NCBI GenBank assembly: GCA_002269645.1
Contig: NIVC01002012.1
Location: 149,478 to 213,477, forward strand
Length of the DNA stretch: 64,000 bases
Direction of reading: 5' to 3'
DNA from: Macrostomum lignano
Taxonomy: Eukaryota
Position numbers and translations under genes: made by a program. A model generated the notes under the pieces. The model was not told the origin of the DNA, searched no databases, and worked only from the letters and a program-made list of their open reading frames with translations. This document shows, piece after piece, positions 37,841 to 50,859 of the stretch; the stretch's first letter is position 1, and each line of letters opens with the position of its first letter.

Positions 37841-40512
37841 TCAATCAGATTTTGCCCCAGGATCAACAACAGAAGCTGCAGAGTTAGTTGTAGCAGTGCG
37901 ATTCAGCAGTACAATACTAGCTGTGATACCGCCAATACCGACACCAATAGTCCTGGCAATGGTCCAATACTCCGACATGAGCTTAATAGCTCGGCTAAGA
38001 TTTTTTCGATCAGCCGAGAGCAGACAGGCTCGGCCAGTGACTGGCACGCAGGACTTGGCCATGGCCGACAGAGCAGCCGGGTACAGGCTGGCGTTCTCCC
38101 GTCTCGAGCCAAGCCGCTTGCCAAACGGTAAATCGGCCAAGAAAACGTCAACAGTACCCGGACGAACTGGAAATTGACAAAGATTCCAACGGATCAGTTC
38201 GACTGGTGACCGCTGATCCCACCTCTGGCACCAGTTGGCAATGTTCGCGGCGCATTTGTCAATAGCAACTGGATGACAATCGCCAGCAAGATGGTAGGCA
38301 TTCTGGTGGGTGGTCCACGCTTCCAACGGTATGCTGCCGCTGCCGCACATGCAGTCGCAGATGATTTCACCTGAACGCGGTTGGCACAGTCTAATCATAC
38401 CCGCGGCAATTGTAGATCTAAGCGCCGTACTGCCAACATCAACGAGTTGACCGCGAAAATCCATGCACAACCGATTGAGAGACAGACAAATACGTACTAG
38501 AGGACCTTCGATCCATATCACTACCTGAAATTGGATTGTTATAAATTATTATCAGTTACTACAGTCAGCATTTACACAACAGTTTGCAGAAGCTTTTCGT
38601 TCAGAAAACTAAGGAGATATCAGGAGATATGCAATTCAACAACTATCCATAGAGTAATAAGAAAGGCACAACATATGAGCATTGAGTCTGCCTCCTATCA
38701 AAAGCAACAATAGTTTTTGTGCTGAAAAATGAAAACCTCCTATCTCCGTAGCATATTTTTAGGCGAAGACCAGCCTCCTTAACGTTTTCTAAGAAACATT
38801 GGGCCGTATGCAGGAAGCTCTGTCTAGGGTAGTCCGGTCTTGAAAAGCTTGGATTTGGTATGCAGAAACACAAAGTTAGACCGATCTACTATAGACAGAA
38901 CTAGGGTAGCTGGACCATAGACTATAGACTGAACTACCCAAGTTCGGACTAGCTAGTCTGGACTAAGCTTTCTGCATACGGCCCAATAGCAGAACTAGGC
39001 TAGCTAGACCATAGACTATAGACTGAACTACCCAAGTTCGGACTAGCTAGTCTGGACTAAGCTTTCTGCATACGGCCCAATAGCAGAACTAGGCTAGCTA
39101 GACCATAGACTATAGACTGAACTACCCAAGTTCGGACTAGCTAGTCTGGACTAAGCTTTCTGCATACGGCCCAATAGCAGAACTAGGCTAGCTAGACCAT
39201 AGACTATAGACTGAACTACCCAAGTTCGGACTAGCTAGTCTGGACTAGGCTTTCTGCATACGGCCCATAGTTTTCCGTCCTTCTACCCGAGTTGCCCTTG
39301 CTAAGAACATTAAAAATTAACAGACGCTAAAAAGTTCTTGATTGTACGCTCGTATTTGTTTCTAAACGGTTTTTTATGGACTGTCTATGGTAATAACTAA
39401 AACAAAATCCAGTTAAGTAACACACTGAAATTAGGCTGTTATTGCAACAAACCTCGATATCGTAGTTCTTCAAATCGACATTCCAACCAAAGTAGTCTTG
39501 AACAGCTGCGCCAACAGCTGCGGCGACTTCCATGGACTGGAAGGAGTGACCAGAACCTGCTCTGTAACAGGTGCAGCGGAAGCTTAACTTGCTCGGATCT
39601 TTCACTTTAGGTCCCGAAGGCGCCTGATCATTTGGCGATGGATCTTCGCTTGATTGCAGCTTTGGCTGACTATCACCAGCTTGATATGGCTTGGACCTAG
39701 TAAACTTATAATCTGGCAAAGGTTCGTGTCCAACATTTTGTATCTCACTGTGCCGACCGTCTGGCTCATAGAATAGAGTACGCCAAGCTGACATGGCCAA
39801 TTGCCAGTTGGCTTGAGGCACTAAATCGATGAGGCGGTCCAGCGATTCTGACTGAAAAATGTCAATGAGAGAGAGAGAGACAGCAGTGAGACACTAGAGT
39901 TATGTGATCGCAAATAGTTCCATTTTCTTTTTTACATCTGCCCCACTTGAAGGCTGCGTACGGCTGTTCAGTCCAAGGATTGTGCGGGTCATATTTTACA
40001 GCTGGGTGAACTGAATCAATGCAGAGTCAAGTCTCTTGCTCAAGGACACAAATTGTTCTAGTGGGACCGGGAATCGAGCCCCCCCCCCCACCTTCAAGTC
40101 ATGATTGTGACGCTCTAACCACTAGGCTGCAACACCTAGGTCCCAATGCGCAGTCAACAGGTGACCAAATAGAAACTGGTCACTTATTAACTCGGTCGCA
40201 TAGCATTACCTTGTCTATCGTTTGTCCTTCATCATTAACCAAGTCGAACGGGCGACATTCGTAAAACACTAGAAAATGATTGGCTGGCATGCGCAGATTG
40301 AGAACACTTCGAATCAGCTGATTTTGACTGTCGCCATCAGCTAACGGAGCGGCAATGTTGCACACTAGGCGACCGCGACTTGCTTCAACTGATCGAACGT
40401 CAAAGCTAGCTAAGCTCTCTAGCGCTTCATCGCGAGCCAGGTCTTCTAAACCGGGCGGACAGGTGCACCAGAAGGTGAGACTGTCCGCAGCGGTAGACGA
40501 CATCGATGGCAT
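37841..40512 (-). CDS. THUMPD3: THUMP-domain tRNA guanine methyltransferase (THUMPD3-like); exons ~40512-40210, 39851-39453, 38524-37841
   Basis: CTCPPGLEDLARDE, THUMP segment SFRCTCYRAG..HSFQSMEVAAAVGAAVQDYFGWNVDLKNYDIE, and methyltransferase motifs TALRSTIAAGM, ICDCMCGSGSIPLE and DLPFGKRLGS. Phase-0 introns. The start could be 40503, 40512 or 40530. Confidence 0.85.
38801..39266. mobile_element. MITE with an 18-bp TIR (GGGCCGTATGCAG(G/A)AAGC) whose right end is tandemly amplified as a 94-bp unit
   Basis: TIR at 38801; reverse complements end at about 38984, 39078, 39172 and 39266. No clean TSD was found. Confidence 0.65.
39945..40140 (-). mobile_element. SINE family 1 (CORE-like), inverted copy
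   Basis: Reverse complement of 23989-24235 blocks (TTTTACAGCTGGGTGAACTGA, CTTGCTCAAGGACACAAATTGTTC). Confidence 0.75.
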
Positions 40513-40673
40513 GAAAGTTAAAACAAACATGTACTTAAAAAGTTGTTAGAGCTTTTACATACCATGCAAATATTGCAACATACTAATGAGAGATCAAGGA
40601 GGGTGACAGGTCAATGGGTCATTGACAGATTGCAATCGATTAGCAGACTAACCCGATCAAAACGGTACCTCTA

Positions 40674-40952
40674 GGCTAAGATGCGTCACAGTCACTTGCG
40701 TCGCCACAGGGGATCGTTTCAGAGTCGTTTTAGGTAACACTACACAGGCAAATTAGTGACTAACGAACTCTAAAAACACGAGATTTCGTGGTAAAAGACG
40801 CCAAAAGACGTCAAAGTGTTTAATTGTCTGCGACTCTAAAAACGACTCTGGGGGCGACGGTATAACGACTCTGGGGCCGTAGAGTCGTATTTGAGACGTG
40901 CCTCTTACGATTCTACAACTCAAGTGACACGACTGTGACGCAACAGTCGCCT
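40674..40952. mobile_element. Possible MITE with imperfect TIRs
   Basis: TGCGTCACAGTC at 40682 and GACTGTGACGCA at 40931, with internal inverted CAGAGTCGTT/AACGACTCTG motifs. No TSD was seen. Confidence 0.4.
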
Positions 40953-41569
40953 CTCCGTCTCACTACAGTTGTTTGACTCGTTAAAAACTTACAAGAGTCG
41001 CAAGAGTCCCTAGAAAGTTGATTGCAACGACTTTTTTAGCGATTCTTATCACGGTAAAGTTTTCAACAAGTAAACGCGCGCTTTGCGCCGTCACAAAGAT
41101 GAAAAATAAAGCAATCTGGAACATATACTGGTATATCATACGCATACATTTAACTGCAGGTTGTAGCGTCTATATATTTTACTAATAATATAAAAATACG
41201 TTACTAACACGCATTTAATCAAAGTAATGAATTAACATTTCTCAAAGATATCATTATAGATTAACGCAATAGAAGCAACGGATGACACATGAATGACACC
41301 GATAATTAATAACCACCTGGCCATGATTGTATAAAAGTTTATGACCAGCATATATTACTGTAGTTTTGAAAATTTTTCACTCTTTCAGCAACAAAACAAC
41401 TTCACACAAGCTGTTCATTATAATTATTAGTTGCCTTAAAATACTCGAAACGGAAGGAACATAGCAAACAATGGCATTGCTTTTGTCCATCAAAGTTTTC
41501 ATTTGCATGATGTCTATGTCTCAATCCCGCATTTAATATTCGACATTACACGCTTTTTTAGCTAGAGGC

Positions 41570-42000
41570 GGGGGCTACGTGCACCCTGGCGCACGCACTT
41601 TAAGCGACATTGTTCAAAATTTCTATGGTAATTTACGTTACTCGTAAGGCTGTCGCCGCTCGTGTCTATGTATGGCCATTACCATGAATTCTCACTTCCA
41701 GACAAACCCCCCTTGTCACACAACCGGCGAGAGGGATATTAGTGCCCATTCTGCCGAGTCCCCTGAGCAGGCACACAGGCGCGCGGATACGTACGCAGTC
41801 ATACGTACAGGCACACACTCACTTCATCGTTAGGCATGTACACTTCACTGTGCCTTGTGGGTTGGCCCTCAAGAACGTTAATTGCACGAGCAGAGCCAAG
41901 CCGAGATTTCAATTGAGCCCCAAATTAATGTGACTGCACTTGGAATCGAGCCTAGGCCACTGGGAGCGCCGCGCTTGACCACTGGGCTACGGGCCTACGG
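41570..42000 (-). mobile_element. SINE family 2, inverted copy
   Basis: Reverse complement of 36832-37185 with an extra internal segment. Confidence 0.7.
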
Positions 42001-42216
42001 CTGGTCTATAACTAATAGGTTTGAGCCATAGATTAGGTCTAAAAAACAAAAAAACGATTTATTAGTATTATACTTAGCTAGTAAACAAAAATTCGACACC
42101 TGAATTAATACAGCCATATTTTAGAATAACATCAACAGAACAGTCTGCAAAGCTAGTCCCATATAGACTAGTAGTAGAAGGTAAACAATTTTAACTGCCA
42201 AGTTCACGCGCGAATC

Positions 42217-42675
42217 TTAAATTCCAGATTCAACGCCACTCAAACCCGAGCCGTCTCCGGCGTGACAGTGATCGTACACGATAATCCACAGCACCAGGAA
42301 TGAAGCAAACGAAGTCATCAAGCCTTCCTTGAGTATTTCTCCCATTCCGCCATACTCTTCCTCGTCAACGCCTTGGAATAAGCAGGTGTAGGCGTACACA
42401 GCGGCGCAGTTGATCAAGAAGAACAGGCCCAATCCTACGATACCTTTCAATGGTAGCAGACCCCAGACAAGGCCTAGCACAGCTGACAGCAACTGTCTCT
42501 GCCAATAGACCACATCTAACAGCTCGTCCTTGCTACTCCAATCGGCTTTGGGACGGAGGGAGCGAGCAAAGGTCTCCGATAAGCTGGGCTTCTTAGCGGC
42601 AGAGTCTGGACTGGTGGTGCCAGAGTCGTTAAAAGACGCGTTGGCGCCTCCGCCTCGGTGTCTGGTTGATGCCAT
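42217..42675 (-). CDS. RAB5IF: Rab5-interacting protein / OPTI (C20orf24 family), single coding exon
   Basis: WSSKDELLDVVYWQRQLLSAVLGLVWGLLPLKG..YAYT..FQGVDEEEYGG..EILKEGLMTSFASFLVLWIIVY matches the recognisable family pattern. Confidence 0.9.
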   Translation of the reverse strand: MASTRHRGGGANASFNDSGTTSPDSAAKKPSLSETFARSLRPKADWSSKDELLDVVYWQRQLLSAVLGLVWGLLPLKGIVGLGLFFLINCAAVYAYTCLFQGVDEEEYGGMGEILKEGLMTSFASFLVLWIIVYDHCHAGDGSGLSGVESGI

Positions 42676-42730
42676 GCTGCTGGTTCTGTTGCGAGCATCA
42701 ATTTGTAATAACGATATTTACAGTAGATAA

Positions 42731-44690
42731 GTGACAGTATGGGGTCACAGTCTACTGACCTCATGGGGTCACAGTCTACTGACTTCATGGGGTAACAGTC
42801 TACTGACCTCATGGGGTCACAGTCTACTGACCTCATGGGGTCACAGTCTACTGACTTCATGGGGTAACAGTCTACTGACCTCATGGGGTCACAGTCTACT
42901 GACTTCATGGGGTAACAGTCTACTGACCTCATGGGGTCACAGTCTACTGACCTTATGGGGTCACAGTCTACTGACCTTATGGGGTCACAGTCTACTGACT
43001 TCATGGGGTCACAGTCTACTGACCTTATGGGGTCACAGTCTACTGACCTCATGGGGTCACAGTCTACTGATCTTATGGGGTCACAGTCTACTGACCTCAT
43101 GGGGTCACAGTCTACTGACCTTATGGGGTCACAGTCTACTGACTTCATGGGGTCACAGTCTACTGACCTCATGGGGTCACAGTCTACTGACCTTATGGGG
43201 TCACAGTCTACTGACTTCATGGGGTCACAGTCTACTGACCTCATGGGGTCACAGTCTACTGACCTCATGGGGTCACAGTCTACTGACCTTATGGGGTCAC
43301 AGTCTACTGACCTTATGGGGTCACAGTCTACTGACTTCATGGGGTCACAGTCTACTGACCTCATGGGGTCACAGTCTACTGACCTCATGGGGTCACAGTC
43401 TACTGACCTTATGGGGTCACAGTCTACTGAACTTATGGGGTCACAGTCTACTGACCTCATGGGGTCACAATTACTGACTTCATGGGGTCACAGTCTACTG
43501 ACCTCATGGGGTCACAATCTACTGACCTTGTGGGGTCACAGTCTACTGAACTTATGGGGTCACAGTCTACTGACCTCATGGGGTCACAGTCTACTGACCT
43601 TATGGGGTCAGTCTACTGACCTCATGGGGTCACAGTCTACTGACCTTATGGGGTCACAGTCTACTGACATTATGGGGTCACAGTCTACTGACCTAATTAT
43701 GGAGTCACAGTCTACTGACCTTATGGAGTCATATTCATAAGGGTCTATGAATCTATGAATGGGTCTATGAATGGGGTCACAGTCTACTGACCTTATGGAG
43801 TCACAGTCTACTGACCTTATGGGGTCACAGTCTACTGACTTCATGGGGTCACAGTCTACTAACCTTATGGGGTCACAGTCTACTGACCTTATGGAGTCAC
43901 AGTCTACTGACCTCATGGGGTCACAGTCTACTGACTTCATGGGGTAACAGTCTACTGACCTTATGGAGTCACAGTCTACTGACCTCATGGGGTCACAGTC
44001 TACTGACTTCATGGGGTCACAGTCTACTGATTTCATGGGGTCACAGTCTACTGACTTCATGGGGTCACAGTCTACTGACTTCATGGGGTCACAGTCTACT
44101 AACCTTATGGGGTCACAGTCTACTGACCTTATGGAGTCACAGTCTACTGATCTTATGGGGTCACAGTCTACTGACCTCATGGGGTCACAGTCTACTGACC
44201 TTATGGGGTCACAGTCTACTGACTTCATGGGGTCACAGTCTACTGACCTCATGGGGTCACAGTCTACTGACCTTATGGGGTCACAGTCTATTGACTTCAT
44301 GGGGTCACAGTCTACTGACCTCATGGGGTCACAGTCTACTGACTTCATGGGGTCACAGTCTACTGACTTCATGGGGTCACAGTCTACTGACTTTATGGGG
44401 TCACAGTCTACTGACTTCATGGGGTCACAGTCTACTAACCTTATGGGGTCACAGTCTACTGACCTTATGGAGTCACAGTCTACTGACCTCATGGGGTCAC
44501 AGTCTACTGACTTCATGGGGTCACAGTCTACTGACTTCATGGGGTCACAGTCTACTGACCTCATGGGGTCACAGTCTACTGACCTTATGGGGTCACAGTC
44601 TACTGACTTCATGGGGTCACAGTCTACTGACCTCATGGGGTCACAGTCTACTGACCTTATGGGGTCACAGTCTACTGAACTTATGGGGTC
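42731..44690. repeat. 24-bp minisatellite (ATGGGGTCACAGTCTACTGACCTC)
   Basis: About 80 units immediately upstream of the RAB5IF acceptor. Confidence 0.97.
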
Positions 44691-45394
44691 AAGCATGGCC
44701 TTAATGCATATGCAACTAAGTAATTTTATCATAAAACATTTGAACATCAATTGTCTATGTTATCTATAACTATATTAAAAGTGCTAACTAAACCACTAAC
44801 TAATAGCTGTCTGATGTTTGCACTAAAATACCCAACAGCCACGAGGACCAACCACTAAGACAGGATCCAGTTCAAATCGGCGTCTAGCTAACCAAGCTAA
44901 ACCCATCGATGAATAACATAGTATATTCTTTCTGAGGCAAAGGATAATGTCGAATTGCACAACTAACATAAGCCAACTGTTGAAATAAAGAAGTTGAACT
45001 TTTGGCTTATCGCTTCGAAGCACAGGCGCAGTCATTAATTATATCACTCCTCCATTTCTTTCTTAGAGATTTCTTCTTAGCCTCTGTGGACTGTTCCAAC
45101 CTTACCAGCAAATGAATGCCGCACACACCACAGACCAACTGTTGCACCAATCTAAATTATGCACTGACCCGTTCTTTCCACGTGACTTTATATATCCTGC
45201 ACTTAAAAAATACCTTAGCCTTAGCTACTGACACACTATAAGTCTATTGACTTTGAAAGGAATTATAAAGACAAGATACTTATGTTATGCAGTAATCTTA
45301 TTCTTATTGTTATTTCTTTACATAAATCAAAATCTTGACAGACAATATATAGGAAGTGTGTGCAAAAGTTTCTTTTCTAGACGACTCTAGTGGA

Positions 45395-45590
45395 TACAGC
45401 TTCGGACTCACGACTTGAAGGTCGGAGGTTCGATTCTAGACTCACTCGGAACAATTTGTGTCCTTGAGCTAGACAATTAACTCTGCATTGCTTCAGTTCA
45501 CCCAGCTGTAAAATGGGTGCCAGCATTAGCTGGGGTAATTGAGGCTGTGTGTGGCGACCCCCCACCCAGCTTGAGCTGTCGGTTGTAAAT
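45395..45590 (+). mobile_element. SINE family 1 (CORE-like), third copy
   Basis: Near-identical to 24010-24180. Confidence 0.75.
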
Positions 45591-46169
45591 CTGCTCATTA
45601 GGGCATGTGATCAATTATTAATGACAGAAATATCCAAGATTCAGCTGATCTATTGAATGGTATTGAATACTGAACAAAAAACTAGGTAAAAGTAAGGAAA
45701 CTTTTGCAACACACCTCTTAGATGAACAGAAATCACTGAAAATTAAAGAAAAATTGTTATGGCGAAAGAACAAGCGCTAGAGAAAAAATAGTGTCATATT
45801 TGGCGTCAGTATTTTAATGGTAATGAATGCAATTGGGATATATTCATACTCGTAAAAATATACATACGAGCGTACAAAAATAGAACTTCTATAATAGTGT
45901 GCACAGAAATAATAAAATGTATAAAATTGGAAGAGTATTCTTCACAAACAGGCACCAGAGTGCATTTAAAGCTTGACATCATATTTATCATTTATATAAT
46001 CAATATATAAATTACGCGAAATTAAATTGTAAATTCGCAAAACGGCGAAAAATTCTTTTGTGAGAAAGACAACGCCAAAATTGAATCACTAAATAGGAAA
46101 AAAAAACTACTGACCTCATGGGGTCAGTCTACTGACCTGACTGCGCCTAAATGATCTCTGATAGTTAAA

Positions 46170-46560
46170 CATGACCTATATGACCTCGGATGGTCACACA
46201 TGACCTATATGACCTCAGTTGGTCACACATGACCTATATGACCTCAGATGGTCACACATGACCTATATGACCTCAGTTGGTCACACATGACCTATATGAC
46301 CTCAGTTGGTCACACATGACCTATATGACCTCAGATGGTCACACATGACCTATATGACCTCAGTTGGTCACACATGACCTATATGACCTCAGTTGGTCAC
46401 ACATGACCTATATGACCTCAGATGGTCACACATGACCTATATGACCTCAGATGGTCACACATGACCTATATGACCTCAGTTGGTCACACATGATCTATAT
46501 GACCTCAGTTGGTTACACATGACCTATATGACCTCAGATGGTCACACATGACCTATATGA
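46170..46560. repeat. 29-bp minisatellite (TGACCTATATGACCTCAGTTGGTCACACA)
   Basis: Direct reading. Confidence 0.95.
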
Positions 46561-46672
46561 CCTGAAATGGCCACGCATTGCCTAAATGAGTTCAAATATC
46601 CGATAAATGAATCTATTGAGTATAAAATTTAAAAGGCAAACAGCAAAACTGGAATTTGTAAAACAAAACAAA

Positions 46673-49600
46673 TCAATTTTTCTGCAAATGATTTCTTAAA
46701 CTAAGAAATTCTGCTGTCAGGGCAACAAAATCGACAGTCCAACTGTCGGCCTCATTGTTGTGACTCTGCGGATTATCGTGCAGCACTCTGCCGTCTAGCG
46801 ACATCTGATGCTCTCGCTGCAGTTGCACGACCTCCTCGCAGGGCACCGTCTCGTCTACTGAGACCCACCGAACCATGCGAGTTCGATGTTGGCGAATTAA
46901 GTCGCGAATTTTGCGATCATTGGTCAGCTCCTCGGGCAGGTGGCCATTGTGCGTCCTCTGGTCCGGGTCGATCTGGAAATGCCATTAGATTAGGGATTAG
47001 CGGGGCGATTCTCTAATGACACCAAATGACGATTCTCTAATGGCACTAGATGGCGATTCTCTAATGGCACTAGATAATGATTCTATAATGGCACTAGATG
47101 GTGATTCTCTAATGGCACTAGATGGCGATTCTCTAATGGCACTAGATGGCGATTCTCTAATGGCACTAAAGGCCGATTCTCTAATGGCACTAGAGGCCGA
47201 TTCTCTAATGGCACTAGATGGCGATTCTATAATGGCACTAGATAATGATTCTATAATGGCACTAGATGGTGATTCTCTAATGGCACTAGATGGCGATTCT
47301 CTAATGGCACTAGATGGTGATTCTCTAATGGCACTAGATGGCGATTCTCTAATGGCACTAAAGGCCGATTCTCTAATGGCACTAGAGGCCGATTCTCTAA
47401 TGGCACTAGATGGCGATTCTATAATGGCACTAGATAATGATTCTATAATGGCACTAGATGGTGATTCTCTAATGGCACTAGATGGCGATTCTCTAATGGC
47501 ACTAGATGGCGATTCTCTAATGGCACTAAAGGCCGATTCTCTAATGGCACTAGAGGCCGATTCTCTAATGGCACTAGATGGCGATTCTATAATGGCACTA
47601 GATGTGATTACTCTAGTGGCACTAGATGGTGATTCTCTAATGGCACTAGACGGTGATTCTCTAATGGCACTAGATGGCGATTCTCTAATGGCACTAGATG
47701 GTGATTCTCTAATGGCACCAAATGGCGATTCTCTAATGGCACCAAATGGCGATTCTCTAATGGCATCAAATGACGATTTTCTAATGGCACTAGATGGCGA
47801 TTCTCTAATGGCACTAGATGGTGATTCTCTAATGGCACCAAATGGCGATTCTCTAATGGCATCAAATGACGATTTTCTAATGGCACTAGATGGCGATTCT
47901 CTAATGGCACTAGATGGTGATTCTCTAATGGCACTAGATGGCGATTCTCTAATGGCACTAGATGGTGATTCTCTAATGGCACTAGATGGCGATTCTCTAA
48001 TGGCACTAAAGGCCGATTCTCTAATGGCACTAGAGGCCGATTCTCTAATGGCACTAGATGGCGATTCTATAATGGCACTAGATAATGATTCTATAATGGC
48101 ACTAGATGGTGATTCTCTAATGGCACTAGATGGCGATTCTCTAATGGCACTAGATGGCGATTCTCTAATGGCACTAAAGGCCGATTCTCTAATGGCACTA
48201 GAGGCCGATTCTCTAATGGCACTAGATGGCGATTCTATAATGGCACTAGATGTGATTACTCTAGTGGCACTAGATGGTGATTCTCTAATGGCACTAGACG
48301 GTGATTCTCTAATGGCACTAGATGGCGATTCTCTAATGGCACTAGATGGTGATTCTCTAATGGCACCAAATGGCGATTCTCTAATGGCACCAAATGGCGA
48401 TTCTCTAATGGCATCAAATGACGATTTTCTAATGGCACTAGATGGCGATTCTCTAATGGCACTAGATGGTGATTCTCTAATGGCACCAAATGGCGATTCT
48501 CTAATGGCATCAAATGACGATTTTCTAATGGCACTAGATGGCGATTCTCTAATGGCACTAGATGGTGATTCTCTAATGGCACTAGATTGTGATTCTCTAA
48601 TGGCACTAGATTGTGATTCTCTAATGGCACTAGAGGCCGATTCTCTAATGGCACTAGATGGCGATTCTCTAATGGCACTAGAGGCCGATTCTCTAACGGC
48701 GGCTTGAGGATGATTCTCAATACTGGGGCGTGTTAAAGGTCGATTTTAACCAAAGGAGCATGGGATTCGAGTTCGGGACCTTTCTTACAAGCTTATTCAC
48801 AACAAACAGTTGTTATCATGCAAGCACTAACAAACAAACCTTAGCCACCTGCAGCAGCATCTGCACCATGTCGCGGTCGCCAAACTGGCAGGCCAAATGC
48901 AGCGCTGTCAGGCCGTTCTTGTCGCCAATTGATGCCAGACTTGGATCGCGTTGTACTAAGGAACTGGCTATACGAATTCTAGCCTGACAAATTGACTTAC
49001 GAACGCGTCTTCTGCTACTACTAGTAGCATTACTATGAAAATCCGTGCAACAATAATGCAGAGCGGTGTAGCCGAACATGCGACACTGCCGACTCAACAA
49101 ACAGATTGAAGCTCTGGAGTCGGCTAATTCAATAGAATGATCAACATATCGACTGACTCGACTATTCACGGCGCTATCAGCAAAAAACTCCGAGTCTGTA
49201 GCGTTGCTATAATCATTATCGTTAGCAATAATAATGTTACTATGCTTAATCGCATCAGACGGGGCCTGGCAACTGCCTGTACTGTCTAATAGACAGTTAA
49301 CAACAGATTCGGAGCCCAGCTCAACGGCAGCCATCAGGACGGTCCTACCGGCGCTGTCTACCAACAGCCAATCGGTAGCTGGCTGCCACAGTCTGGAAAA
49401 CTCTTCTACAGGCTTTGCGGATTTCATTATAGTTACTAGGCGAGCAAATCTACTGAATCTGGCGGCTTCCAATGCGTAGCGAACGCCTTCGAATGGGGCG
49501 CCGTCGTAGAGATGACAATTGCCGCTTGCTGGCTCGGGTATGACCGGAGACGCGCCATTTGCTAGCAGGTATCGGACTAGGCTTAGGGAGCCTCGCTTAG

Positions 49601-50682
49601 CAGCCAGGTAGATTGGTCGCTCATTGCGATCGTTGGGCTGGTCAATCTGGTCCAGAGGCAGCTGGGGCGACTCCGGTTCGCTGCCGGCGCTGCCTAGTGA
49701 CAGCAGGACTGTTACTACCTGGAATGCCAGGTGGTGAAATGAGGATCTCATGAGGAAAATGAACAAATATGAAGTTTTATAATAGTTCTAGTTGAGGCTC
49801 TGTAGGAATACGAGTATTGAAATCCCAAGCTTAAGCAATAGGGATTTGGGAAGATGTTTCTAACCTGGGGATTTGGGAAGATGTTTCTAACCTGGGGATT
49901 TGGGAAGCTGCTTCTAATCTGGGGATTTGGGAAGATGTTTCTAACCTGGGGATTTGGGAAGCTGCTTCTAATCTGGGGATTTGGGAAGATGCTTCTAATC
50001 TGGGGATTTGGGAAGGGGCCTAAATTGGGGAGCTGGGAAGATATCTAAGTTGGGGAGCTGGGAAGATGCCTAAATTGGGGATCTAGGAAGATTTCTAAAT
50101 CGGGGATCTGGGAAGATGTCTGAATTGGGGATCTGGGAAGATGTCTAAAATGGGGATTCGGGAAGACTTCTAAGTTAGAGAGCGTAGATGCTGTTTATGA
50201 CCAGCCAACCTGCAGGTGACCCTGCCGACAGGCCGCGTGCAGCACGCCAGATCCATCCGCGGGGTGCCGCAAATCCAAACGGACACCGGGAAAGTCAACC
50301 AGCAACCGAACAGCATCCACGTGACCATTGGAGCAGGCCAGGAACAGCGGCCAGTTGCCGCCCAAGTCTCGGCAGTTCAAATCGTCACCGGGTTCGAGCG
50401 ACACTGAGAGGCTGGCCAGGCAGCCGGACACGGCTAGGCCGAACAGGCCGGGGTTCACCAGCTCCCGCTGGCGCCTGGCCGAGGCGGCAGTCAGCGCTCG
50501 GTCTATCGGAGTCTCCGCGGCGGATGCGGTGGCGGTAGCATCTTTTGATCGACTATCGCGAGGACTGCGGTGGCGATGCTGCTGCTTTTGAAGAGCTGAC
50601 CGGGCTTCGGATAGGCCTGGTGTTAGTGGGAGAGTGTGCTTACTGTCTGCAGCTAGCTGCTGGCATGAACATACAGACAGAC

Positions 50683-50719
<37 letters not shown>

Positions 50720-50722
50720 CTA

Positions 50723-50798
<76 letters not shown>

Positions 50799-50826
50799 CG
50801 ACAGACAGACAAACAGACAGACAGAC

Positions 50827-50859
<33 letters not shown>

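Noticed and set aside
42516-44769. Long repetitive ORFs (MGSQSTDL, RSVDCDP); likewise 47016-48707, 58715-59375, 28829-29624 and 59293-60937
   Set aside because: They are by-products of tandem repeats lacking stops in some frames, and lie in introns or spacers of recognisable genes.
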